A stretch of 45,401 bases of DNA from Gaiellaceae bacterium (lineage in GTDB: Bacteria; Actinomycetota; Thermoleophilia; Gaiellales; Gaiellaceae), in the NCBI GenBank assembly GCA_036265755.1, contig DATAOL010000027.1, positions 1-45,401 of the forward strand, read 5' to 3'. The position numbers and the translations under genes were made by a program. Each line of letters begins with the position of its first letter. Within the stretch, counting starts at the first letter, position 1. The notes under the pieces are model-generated. The model ran no database searches. It was not told the origin of the DNA and saw only the letters and a program-made list of their open reading frames with translations. Below, one piece after another: positions 27,365 to 34,747 of this stretch.

Positions 27365-27557
27365 GCGAAAAAGTGCGGCTCCACCCCGCCGATGAAGCTC
27401 CGTACGTGAGGAACCTGGCGAACCAGGTGGGTGCCCTGCCGGCCTTCGCCAAGGCTCAGCCGGACGCAGGCTCCCTCTCATGTGGTGTTGGTTCTACATT
27501 GCGCACGGAGCCACGCACGGGGTCGAGCACGCGCTACGCACTCTACCGAACGGGCTC

Positions 27558-28202
27558 TCAATACAGACCCTCGCGCCGCGCGTAGCGCTCGGCACGCGCG
27601 CGATCGTATTCCTCGGCGTCGAGCTCGGGGTCTGCGAGTGAGCGAAGGATCTCGCCCGAGCTCGGGAGCTCCGAGCGCTCGATGTGCCGTTCCGGGTTCC
27701 AAAGGTCCGAGCGGATGAGCGCCTTCGAGCACTGCGTGTAGGCCTCCTCGACCGTGACGAGAACGCCCAGCTGCGGGACCTTTCCCTCGACCCCGCTCGG
27801 CCCGAGCAGCTCAGGATCGTCGACGACGACGGCGCGTCCGTTGACCCGAAACGTGTCCCCCACTCCCGGGATGAGAAAGAGGAGCGCGATCCGCGGATCG
27901 GCGAGCAGATTCGTGAGCGTGTCGGCGAGCCGGTTGCCCTGCCGCTCGGGAACGAGGAGCGTACGCTCGTCGAGGATCCGGACGAATCCCGCCGAGTCGC
28001 CCCGCGGCGAGACGTCCAGGCCTCCGTCCGGCCGGCCCGTCGCGACACAGACGAACGGCGATCGCTCGACGAACTGCCGCGTGAGGGCGTTGAGCCGGTC
28101 TGCCACCTTCCCGGCGACGAGCTCGGACGGCGAGCCGAGCACCTCGCGGAGCGCCGTCTCGTCCGGAATCGCGCTTGGCTCGGACACAACGCGAGGATAC
28201 AA
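27558..28202 (-). CDS. Pyridoxamine 5'-phosphate oxidase family (FMN-binding split barrel) protein
   Basis: 214-aa ORF. ...FVERSPFVCVATGRPDGGLDVSPRGD...VPERQGNRLADTLTNLLADPRIALLFLIPGVGDTFRVNGRA is typical of PPOX-related proteins. The start is TTG at 28202 or GTG at 28187. Confidence 0.8.
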   Translation of the reverse strand: MYPRVVSEPSAIPDETALREVLGSPSELVAGKVADRLNALTRQFVERSPFVCVATGRPDGGLDVSPRGDSAGFVRILDERTLLVPERQGNRLADTLTNLLADPRIALLFLIPGVGDTFRVNGRAVVVDDPELLGPSGVEGKVPQLGVLVTVEEAYTQCSKALIRSDLWNPERHIERSELPSSGEILRSLADPELDAEEYDRARAERYARREGLY

Positions 28203-28233
28203 GCGTGCTCTCAGAGCAGCCCGCGCAGGCCGC

Positions 28234-28239
28234 TAAGGT
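28234..28239 (+). promoter_or_regulatory. Putative -10 box TAAGGT, 9 nt upstream of the lepB GTG start
   Basis: The plus strand reads gcTAAGGTctttggcgcGTG in the 46-nt divergent gap. No SD. Confidence 0.3.
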
Positions 28240-28248
28240 CTTTGGCGC

Positions 28249-28851
28249 GTGCGAAATCCACTCGATCGCCTCACGAGCCGCGTCCCGGAGCCCTGGCGGA
28301 GCGCCCTCGACTGGGTGCTCTCGATCCTGCTCGCGGTCGCCTTCGTGCTGGCCGTGAAGGTCGAGGTCGCGAACCCCTACCGCGTACCCTCGTCTTCCAT
28401 GGAGCCGACGCTGCATTGCGCCCGGCCCGCGACCGGCTGTCAGTCGGGCCACTCGGACCGGGTGATCGCCAACCGGTTCATCTATCGCTTCCGCGATCCA
28501 CGCCGCGGCGAAATCGTCGTCTTCGACGCGCCGGCGAAGACGCGCTCCGTCTGCGACGAGGGCGGGACGTTCGTCAAGCGCATCGTCGGGCTTCCCGGCG
28601 AGGTGGTCTCGGAGCGGCACGGGTTCGTCTACATCGACGGGCGCAGACTCTCGGAGCCGTATGTCGAGCCTGCTCTTCGCGATCACCGCACGGGCTCATG
28701 GCCGCGGGTCCCACCGGATCACTACTTCATGATGGGCGACAACCGGAGCCGCTCCTGCGACTCCCGGTCGTGGGGAACGGTGACCCGATCGAGCCTGATC
28801 GGCCCCGTGTTTCTCACGTACTGGCCGCTCGGACGCGTCGGCAGTCCCTGA
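28249..28851 (+). CDS. lepB: Signal peptidase I
   Basis: 200-aa ORF with a GTG start. It has a TM helix, catalytic SSSMEPTL with an actinobacterial-style Cys-containing insert (HCARPATGC), VKRIVGLPGE and MGDNRSRSCDSRSWG. Confidence 0.9.
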   Translation: MRNPLDRLTSRVPEPWRSALDWVLSILLAVAFVLAVKVEVANPYRVPSSSMEPTLHCARPATGCQSGHSDRVIANRFIYRFRDPRRGEIVVFDAPAKTRSVCDEGGTFVKRIVGLPGEVVSERHGFVYIDGRRLSEPYVEPALRDHRTGSWPRVPPDHYFMMGDNRSRSCDSRSWGTVTRSSLIGPVFLTYWPLGRVGSP

Positions 28852-28855
28852 GGCC

Positions 28856-29266
28856 CTAGCCGGCGAACCGCCAGCGGATCGTCTCCCGCCCGCGGACGCC
28901 GAGATCGTCGGCGAGCGCCGGAGAGAGGGAGAACTGCGTCCGGGTGCCAGCAGGGCCGCGCTCGACCACCTCGGTGCGCACCTCCCGCCCGTGGAGGGCG
29001 ACCACGAGGGCGGCACCGCATGGGAGTACCGGGTGGGCAATGCCCTGCATCTCCTGGGTGAGGACGACTCCGCATGAAGTCGTCTCGCCGAGCCGCCCTC
29101 GGCCGAACACGCCGACCAGGGCGTTCTCCCAACGCGCTTCGGACACGGGCGGCTGGGCGGCAGCGGCGGGCTCCTGAACGGAGCGGTGGAGGACGACGAC
29201 CAGGAGGATCGCCAGGAGCGCCGCTCCCGCCAGCGCGGCCTGGCGCTGGAGGGCGGCCGGGCTCAC
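28856..29266 (-). CDS. Membrane-anchored RlpA-like double-psi beta-barrel (DPBB) domain protein
   Basis: 136-aa ORF (GTGA overlap with the upstream stop). It has an N-terminal TM helix, then GETTSCG...GIAHPVLPCGAALVV...VRTEVVERGPAGTRTQFSLSPALADDLG, which follows the RlpA/DPBB pattern (TA.GE / AH..LP.G / V.DRGP...IDLS.AA...LG). Confidence 0.6.
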   Translation of the reverse strand: MSPAALQRQAALAGAALLAILLVVVLHRSVQEPAAAAQPPVSEARWENALVGVFGRGRLGETTSCGVVLTQEMQGIAHPVLPCGAALVVALHGREVRTEVVERGPAGTRTQFSLSPALADDLGVRGRETIRWRFAG

Positions 29267-30132
29267 CGGCCGGACTGTCTATCGAGCAGGCCTCCGAACG
29301 ACTCCCTGACGAGCCCATCGAACTCGGTCGGAAGCTCACCGCCCGCGTTTGCGAACTGTCGAAGGTGCACGAAGAGAAATGCCCATTCGTCTCGACGCTC
29401 TGGGTGCGACGGGGCCTCCGCGCGCGCCAGGCGCTCCAGATCCCAGATGTTCCACTGGCGCGCTACGTAGCTTCGCTGCTGGAGGGCGACGACCGGCGCT
29501 TCCGCGGGGGGCGGCGGTGACGGGGCGGCGGCGGGCTCGACAGGAGGCGGCACCGCGCGCAGGCGCCTGCGCCGCGCCCAGCGGGGCCGCTCGGACTCCG
29601 GGACCATGGGTCGCTCGGAAGCCGGTCGCTCGGAAGCCGGCGACTCCACAGCCTCCAGCGCCGGCTCGCGCGCCGGTTCGGGCTCCGGCTCGGCCTCGGG
29701 CTCTGATCGCCGCTCGAACTCCGGTTCCGGCTCTGGCTCCGGTTCCGGAGGCCCTTCCGTCTCGATGGGTGCCTCTGGCTCCTGGTCGGCTTGTGTCTCC
29801 GGCTCCACGGCTTGAGCCTCTGGCTCGGGCTCGAACCGCGCCTCGGCGGGCGGCGCGAGATCGGGGATCGGCGCCGGCTCGGGCGGCGCCTCGGCCGCCG
29901 GCGGGGCTGGAGGCGGGGAAGCGACCGCAGCCGAGCCGGATTCGACCGCCGCTACGGGCCCGCGCGCGGAGCGCCACGCGAGCCACTCGATGGTCGCTGC
30001 AATGAGCCACGCTAGCCCGACGAGCGGTAGAGCCACTGCGAGACGGAGGTCGGCCAGCCAGACGGCCACCGCCACGAGGGCGATGAAGATCATGAGCGCG
30101 ACGAGGCGCAGAGACGAGACGAACGGCGGCAC
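29263..30132 (-). CDS. Membrane protein with a long acidic Pro/Glu/Ala-rich linker and a conserved-looking C-terminal domain (hypothetical)
   Basis: 289-aa ORF with a GTG start. It has two N-terminal TM helices, ~160 aa of low complexity (PEPEPEPEPEFERRSEPEAEPEPEP, ASERPASERP), and then a globular tail (YVARQWNIWDLERLARAE...WAFLFVHLRQFANAGGELPTEFDGLVRESFGGLL). Confidence 0.65.
   Translation of the reverse strand: MPPFVSSLRLVALMIFIALVAVAVWLADLRLAVALPLVGLAWLIAATIEWLAWRSARGPVAAVESGSAAVASPPPAPPAAEAPPEPAPIPDLAPPAEARFEPEPEAQAVEPETQADQEPEAPIETEGPPEPEPEPEPEFERRSEPEAEPEPEPAREPALEAVESPASERPASERPMVPESERPRWARRRRLRAVPPPVEPAAAPSPPPPAEAPVVALQQRSYVARQWNIWDLERLARAEAPSHPERRDEWAFLFVHLRQFANAGGELPTEFDGLVRESFGGLLDRQSGR
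29609..29638. repeat. Perfect 2 x 15-bp tandem duplication (ggtcgctcggaagcc) inside the acidic linker of the 29263..30132 CDS
   Basis: The duplication is visible directly in the sequence and encodes ASERP-ASERP on the minus strand. It is embedded in a GAGCC/GGCTC-rich low-complexity tract. Confidence 0.9.
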
Positions 30133-30150
30133 GCTTCGGTGCCGAAAAGC

Positions 30151-31056
30151 CTACGTGCTCGGCGGGTTCGCGTCCGGCTCGCCGCCCTCATCGTCCTCCG
30201 CGGCCTCCGCAGCAGCGGAGGGGCCTCCCGGAGAACTGGGCGGTTCGGACGTCGTTTCGGGCTCGTCCTCGGTCTCGGGCTCGCTCGGCGTCGGCACGGC
30301 GACGGGCTCTGCAGCGGTGACGCCGCTCGGCTTGGGGACCGAGCTCTCGGCAGCGCGGACGATCGCATCGACGGCCTCGTGGATCGCAGCTTCGCCGTGT
30401 CCCGCGGCGGAGAGCAGCTGCTCGGCGCCCATGCGAGCGCGCTGGACGATGACGTCGGCCTGGGCGCGTGCCCACTCGAGCGTCTGCTCGACCTCGGCGC
30501 GTGCCGAGTTCGTGAGCTCCGTCGCCTGGTGGCGCGACTGCTCGAGCAGGCGATTGCCCCTAGTCTCGGCGTCGTGCAGCTCCGAGCTCGAGTCTCGGTT
30601 CGCCTTCGTGAGGATCTCACGAGCCTCGTTACGGGCTGCGTTCAGGATCTCGCCGCGCTGGCGCTCCGTCTCCTGGCGGATGCGCGCGATCTCGGCCTCG
30701 CGCTGCTGGAGCTCCATCTGCGATTCGCGGATCTCCTGCTCGGCCTTGCCCACCTGCTTGGCGGCGGCTTCCTGCGCGTCGCGCTCGATCGTGTCGGCGA
30801 ACTCGGCGGCGGAGCGGATGAGGTGGAGGGCGTCCATGCGCACCGCATGACCGGAAGGCTCCGTGATCGCGCTCCGCGGAGCTGCTTGCAGCACGCGCAG
30901 CTGCGCTTGCATCGCGGTCACGTGCCGGCGGAAGGCATCGAACGCCTCGCTGACCTTCTCGCGGTCGTATCCCTCGCCTGCCCGCGGGATGTCCTCCAGA
31001 CGGGGCAGCGGCGTGAGGGACGGCCCGCCTGCGCGACTTGGATCTTGACTCGACAT
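30151..31056 (-). CDS. DivIVA domain-containing coiled-coil protein
   Basis: 301-aa ORF with an ATG start preceded by GGAGG 10 nt upstream. It has the N-terminal DivIVA-type motif (GEGYDREKVSEAFDAF), a long heptad-rich central region and an acidic Pro-rich tail. Confidence 0.7.
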   Translation of the reverse strand: MSSQDPSRAGGPSLTPLPRLEDIPRAGEGYDREKVSEAFDAFRRHVTAMQAQLRVLQAAPRSAITEPSGHAVRMDALHLIRSAAEFADTIERDAQEAAAKQVGKAEQEIRESQMELQQREAEIARIRQETERQRGEILNAARNEAREILTKANRDSSSELHDAETRGNRLLEQSRHQATELTNSARAEVEQTLEWARAQADVIVQRARMGAEQLLSAAGHGEAAIHEAVDAIVRAAESSVPKPSGVTAAEPVAVPTPSEPETEDEPETTSEPPSSPGGPSAAAEAAEDDEGGEPDANPPST

Positions 31057-31102
31057 CAGCTCTACGCCTCCACTCCCCCGTACACCACGGGTCTCGCCAG
31101 AA

Positions 31103-31108
31103 AGTATG
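31103..31108 (-). promoter_or_regulatory. Putative -10 box CATACT for the DivIVA-like gene (leadered; SD GGAGG at 31067-31071)
   Basis: The minus strand reads TCATACTTTC...GGGGGAGTGGAGGCGTAGAGCTG-ATG. This is one of only two or three TU-first genes in the window with a canonical SD (dppA-like is another; the ABC gene has a weak G-run). Confidence 0.3.
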
Positions 31109-31114
31109 ACTAGC

Positions 31115-32881
31115 TCATCGGCCGGCGGGGCCGCTTTCTTGACGTGCTTCTGGCCGGATCTGAATTCCGAGCTCCCGCAGCTGTTCCTCCTCGACCTCCG
31201 ACGGTGCGCCGCTCATCGGATCGACGCCAGCCTGGTTCTTCGGGAAGGCGATCACATCGCGGAGATTCGGCTCGCGCGCTAGCACCATCAACATCCGGTC
31301 GATCCCGAAAGCGATGCCGCCGTGCGGCGGGGCTCCCATGGCGAGCGCGTCGAGCAGGAAGCCGAACTTCGTCCGCTGCTGATCGGGCGTCAGCTGCAGC
31401 AGTGAGAAGACGCGGGCCTGCAGATCCGCCTCGTGGATCCTGAAGGAGCCGCCGCCCAGCTCCTGACCGTTGCCGATGAGGTCGTAGGCATAGGCGAGCG
31501 CGTCAGCGGGGTCCTGGTCGAATGTCTCCTCGAACCCTGGCGCCGGCCGGGTGAAGGGATGGTGCACGGCAGCCCAGCGGCCGTCCTCCTCGGACCACTC
31601 GAACATGGGGAAGTCCGTGACCCAGACCCAGTTCCACGCTTCCTGGTCGACGAGGTCGAGCTCGCGGCCGAGATGCAGGCGGATCGCCCCCAGGACGCGC
31701 GAGACCATCGCGGACTCGTCGGCGCCGAAGAGCACCGTGTATCCGGGCTCGCAGCGGAACACGCCCAGCTCTTCCTCCGAGAGGAACTTCGCGATCGGAG
31801 AGCGCACCTCGCCCTCTTCGTCCCAGACGAGGTAGGCGAGCCCCTTCGCCCCCCACTCCTTCGCCACCTCCTCGAGCCGCTCGAGCTCCGTGCGCGAGAA
31901 GGCCTGCGGCACGCGCAGGAAGCGGACGCACGGGGCGTTCGCGAAGACGCCGAATTGCGAAGAGCGGGTGAGCTCAGTGGCGTCCTCGATCTCGAGCCCG
32001 AAGCGAAGGTCCGGCTTGTCCGACCCGTAGCGAAGGTCGGCCTCGTGAGCGCTCATGCGCGGGAAGGGGATCTCGAGCTCGACATCGAGACAATCACGCC
32101 AGACGGTCTGCACCATCTGCTCCATCAGCGCGAACAGGTAGTCGCGATCCGGGAAGGCCATCTCGACGTCGAGCTGGGTGATCTCCTGCACCCGGTCGGC
32201 CCGGAGATCCTCGTCCCTGAAGCAGCGCGCGATCTGGAAGTAGCGGTCGAAGCCGGCGATCACGAGCAGCTGCTTGAGAATCTGCGGGGACTGCGGCAGC
32301 GCGAAGAACCGGCCCGGCTGCAGGCGGCTCGGGACGATGAAGTCGCGCGCGCCCTCGGGCGTGGGCTTGAAGAGAATGGGCGTCTCGATCTCCAGGAAGC
32401 CCGCGTCCTCCATCGTGCGCCGGATCGCGGAAACCAGCCGGCTGCGCAGGCCGATGTTCCGCTGCATCTTCGCCCGCCGCAGGTCGAGCCAGCGGTACCG
32501 GAGACGGAGCGTCTCGTCCACTCCCTCCTCGTCGAGCTGGAAGGGCAGCGGCGTGGACGGCGAGAGGATCTGCAGTGTGTCGACCTGGAGCTCGACCTCA
32601 CCGGTCGGGATGTTGGGGTTGACCGCCTCGGGCGCGCGCTTCACCACCTCGCCCTCGGCCCGGAGAACGAACTCGTTCCGGACCGCGTGGGCGCTCTTCG
32701 CGGCTTCGGGCGCGCGCTCGGGATTCATGACGAGCTGACAGATCCCCGTGCGGTCGCGCAGGTCGACGAAGACGAGCCCGCCGTGATCCCTCCGCGAGTC
32801 CGCCCACCCGGCCAGCGTGAGCCGCTTTCCCACATGCTCCGGCCGGATCTCGCCGCACATCAGGTCGCGCCAGGTCGTCAC
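31115..32881 (-). CDS. aspS: Aspartate--tRNA ligase
   Basis: Trimmed from ORF 31115..32959 to GTG 32879-32881 (GTGA overlap with the hisS stop). OB-fold N-domain (LAGWADSRRDHGGLVFVDLRDRTG), class II motifs (FRDEDLRADR, GGGSFRIH, GIAFGIDRL). Confidence 0.95.
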   Translation of the reverse strand: MTTWRDLMCGEIRPEHVGKRLTLAGWADSRRDHGGLVFVDLRDRTGICQLVMNPERAPEAAKSAHAVRNEFVLRAEGEVVKRAPEAVNPNIPTGEVELQVDTLQILSPSTPLPFQLDEEGVDETLRLRYRWLDLRRAKMQRNIGLRSRLVSAIRRTMEDAGFLEIETPILFKPTPEGARDFIVPSRLQPGRFFALPQSPQILKQLLVIAGFDRYFQIARCFRDEDLRADRVQEITQLDVEMAFPDRDYLFALMEQMVQTVWRDCLDVELEIPFPRMSAHEADLRYGSDKPDLRFGLEIEDATELTRSSQFGVFANAPCVRFLRVPQAFSRTELERLEEVAKEWGAKGLAYLVWDEEGEVRSPIAKFLSEEELGVFRCEPGYTVLFGADESAMVSRVLGAIRLHLGRELDLVDQEAWNWVWVTDFPMFEWSEEDGRWAAVHHPFTRPAPGFEETFDQDPADALAYAYDLIGNGQELGGGSFRIHEADLQARVFSLLQLTPDQQRTKFGFLLDALAMGAPPHGGIAFGIDRMLMVLAREPNLRDVIAFPKNQAGVDPMSGAPSEVEEEQLRELGIQIRPEARQESGPAGR

Positions 32882-34071
32882 GGTCGCACCTCGGAGAGAT
32901 CCGTGTCGGGCCCGACCACGACGACCCGCTCGGCCCCGAGCCGGCCGGCTTGCGTCCACTGCCCCTTCACCGAGCGGCCGGCGAAGTCCGCGTCTGCCTG
33001 GACGCCGGCCGCGCGGAGCTCCGCGAGCTTGGCGAGCACCGCGGCGCGGTCGGCGCCGTCATCGCAGATGAAGAAGACGTCGATGCCCGCGCGCTCCGGC
33101 ACGGCAACGCCGGCCTCGTCAAGGGCGAGGATCAGCCGCTCGATCCCGGCGCCGAACCCGACTCCCGGAGTGGGCTGCCCGCCGAGCGCCTCCGCCAGGC
33201 CGTCGTAGCGCCCGCCGCCGCTGAGGGTGCTCTGCGAGCCCCTCTCCGGCCCGACGAACTCCCACGTGGTCCGAGTGTAGTAGTCGAGGCCGCGGACGAG
33301 CGTCGGCACGAGCTCGTGGCGGACTCCGGCAGAGTCGAGATAGCGCCGCACCTCGGCGAAGTGCTCACGACACGCATCGCAGAGCGAGTCTCCGATCGTC
33401 GGCGCCTGCCGCAGGACCTCCTGCACGGCGGGCGGCTTCGCTCCGATGTTGTCGAGCGCGCGCAGGGGGTTGCGCGACGCCTGCTCCCGAGTGGCCTCGT
33501 CCAGCTCGCGCGCGTGCTCCTCGAGCCAGGGGCTCAGCCGCTCGAGGTAGGCGGGGCGGCACTCGGCGTCGCCGATCGAGTTCAGCTCGAGCCGGTATTC
33601 GGTCACGCCGAGGCGCCCCAGCAGAGCGTCGTAGAGCTGGATGACTTCGGCGTCGAGCGCGGGATCCTCCGACCCGATCGCTTCGGCGTCGAGCTGCCAG
33701 TGCTCGCGGTAGCGCCCCTTTTGCGGGCGCCCGTAACGGTAGATCGTCTCGTGCGTGTAGAGCTTCTGCGGCTGGGGCTCGCGGTGGAGGCCGTGCTCGA
33801 GGTACGCGCGCACGATCGGCGCGGTCGCCTCCGCGCGAAGCGTGAGCGAGCGGTCGCCACGGTCCTCGAACGTGTACATCTCCTTCGTGACCACGTCCGA
33901 CCCCTGCCCGGAGGTGCGTGCGAAGAGCTCCGTGTCCTCGAAGACCGGCGTGTCGATCCGCCGGTAGCCGTAGAGGTCGCAGAGGCGTTCGAACTCGTCG
34001 ATCACCTGCCGCCAGCGGGGCTGTTCGGACGGGAGGATGTCGTGCGTGCCGCGCGGCGCTTCGAACTTCAC
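32878..34071 (-). CDS. hisS: Histidine--tRNA ligase
   Basis: 397-aa ORF with a GTG start (GTGA overlap with the MBL stop). PRGTHDILP, MYTFEDRGDRSLTLRAEATAP, YRYGRPQKGRYREHWQ, GGGRYD. Confidence 0.95.
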   Translation of the reverse strand: MKFEAPRGTHDILPSEQPRWRQVIDEFERLCDLYGYRRIDTPVFEDTELFARTSGQGSDVVTKEMYTFEDRGDRSLTLRAEATAPIVRAYLEHGLHREPQPQKLYTHETIYRYGRPQKGRYREHWQLDAEAIGSEDPALDAEVIQLYDALLGRLGVTEYRLELNSIGDAECRPAYLERLSPWLEEHARELDEATREQASRNPLRALDNIGAKPPAVQEVLRQAPTIGDSLCDACREHFAEVRRYLDSAGVRHELVPTLVRGLDYYTRTTWEFVGPERGSQSTLSGGGRYDGLAEALGGQPTPGVGFGAGIERLILALDEAGVAVPERAGIDVFFICDDGADRAAVLAKLAELRAAGVQADADFAGRSVKGQWTQAGRLGAERVVVVGPDTDLSEVRP

Positions 34072-34703
34072 GTGCGGAGCTCTGCGAGGAAGGGGTTCCG
34101 TGCCAGCTCGTCGCCCAGCGTCGTCGGCGGGCCGTGTCCCGAGTAGACGACGGTCTCGGGCGGAAAGCGCTCGAGCAGGCGGGAGATCGAGTCGAGGAGC
34201 GTCGCCCAGTCGCCGTCGGCCCGATCGGTGCGGCCGACGGAGCCGGAAAAGAGCACGTCACCCGAGAAGAGCGCGCCGTCTGAATAGAAGGCGAGGTGCC
34301 CCGGCAGGTGCCCGGGGACGCGCATCGTCTCGAACTGGATCCCGGCGAGGTCGAGCGGCTCGTCCCCCTCGAGCAGGACATCCGGCGCGAACGGCTCGAA
34401 GGTCACCCCCGCCTCGGGATAGAGCTCGTCGATGCGCTCGGCGCGTTCGCTGTCCACCTCCCCCATGTAGACGGGCGCACCCGTCGCGCGCTGAACCTCC
34501 GCGACCCCGCCGATGTGGTCGATGTCCGCGTGCGTGATGAGGATCGCCGCGCAGCGCGCCCGGCCAAGACCCTCCTCGATGTTGGCGAGCTCACCTGGCC
34601 AGCCCGGGTCGATCACCACCGCCTCCTCCGCGTCCGGACGGCGGACCACGTAGCAGTTCATCGCAAACGGGCTCAGTTCGATTCTCTTGACGTCGAGGGC
34701 CAT
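34068..34703 (-). CDS. MBL-fold metallo-hydrolase (glyoxalase II-like)
   Basis: 211-aa ORF. NCYVV, ILITHADIDHIGG, VPGHLPGHLAFY, FSGDVLFSGSVGRTD, YSGHGPPT. Confidence 0.9.
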   Translation of the reverse strand: MALDVKRIELSPFAMNCYVVRRPDAEEAVVIDPGWPGELANIEEGLGRARCAAILITHADIDHIGGVAEVQRATGAPVYMGEVDSERAERIDELYPEAGVTFEPFAPDVLLEGDEPLDLAGIQFETMRVPGHLPGHLAFYSDGALFSGDVLFSGSVGRTDRADGDWATLLDSISRLLERFPPETVVYSGHGPPTTLGDELARNPFLAELRT

Positions 34704-34712
34704 CGGGCGCTG

Positions 34713-34718
34713 AGTCTA
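34713..34718 (-). promoter_or_regulatory. Putative -10 box TAGACT, 9 nt upstream of the MBL-hydrolase ATG
   Basis: The minus strand reads GTTAGACTCAGCGCCCG-ATG in the 44-nt divergent gap. No SD. Confidence 0.35.
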
Positions 34719-34733
34719 ACGGCGCGTCCCGGT

Positions 34734-34739
34734 TACACT
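34734..34739 (+). promoter_or_regulatory. Putative -10 box TACACT, 8 nt upstream of the cupin ATG
   Basis: The plus strand reads ggtTACACTggcccgccATG with no SD. It is back-to-back with the MBL -10 box. Confidence 0.35.
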
Positions 34740-34747
34740 GGCCCGCC

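Noticed and set aside
27365-27481. The in-frame ATG at 27479-27481, with a TAGAAC box 9 nt upstream, as the true (leaderless) mnmA start.
   Set aside because: The 39 codons between 27481 and 27364 have only about half G/C at third positions, compared with the very high GC3 of every confident gene here. The peptide (MRGSLRPAEPWRRPAGHPPGSPGSS...) looks non-coding. It is kept as an open alternative in the mnmA finding.
27365-27557. A possible riboswitch or small RNA in the 193-nt PPOX-mnmA spacer.
   Set aside because: I compared it by eye with the core motifs I remember for TPP, SAM-I/II/IV, cobalamin, glycine, ykkC/guanidine, SRP and 6S RNAs, and with tRNA-like T-loops. Nothing matched. Two short hairpins alone are not enough to call an RNA gene. 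It needs an Infernal/Rfam scan.
28203-28248. A possible shared operator in the divergent PPOX-lepB gap.
   Set aside because: Only 46 nt are available. I could see no convincing palindrome or repeat beyond the putative -10 boxes.
29487-29970. A repetitive GGCTC/GAGCC-rich DNA tract, considered as a CRISPR array or other interspersed repeat element.
   Set aside because: There are no 25-40-bp direct repeats separated by unique spacers. The periodicity is the coding of a Pro/Glu/Ala low-complexity protein linker inside a continuous ORF.
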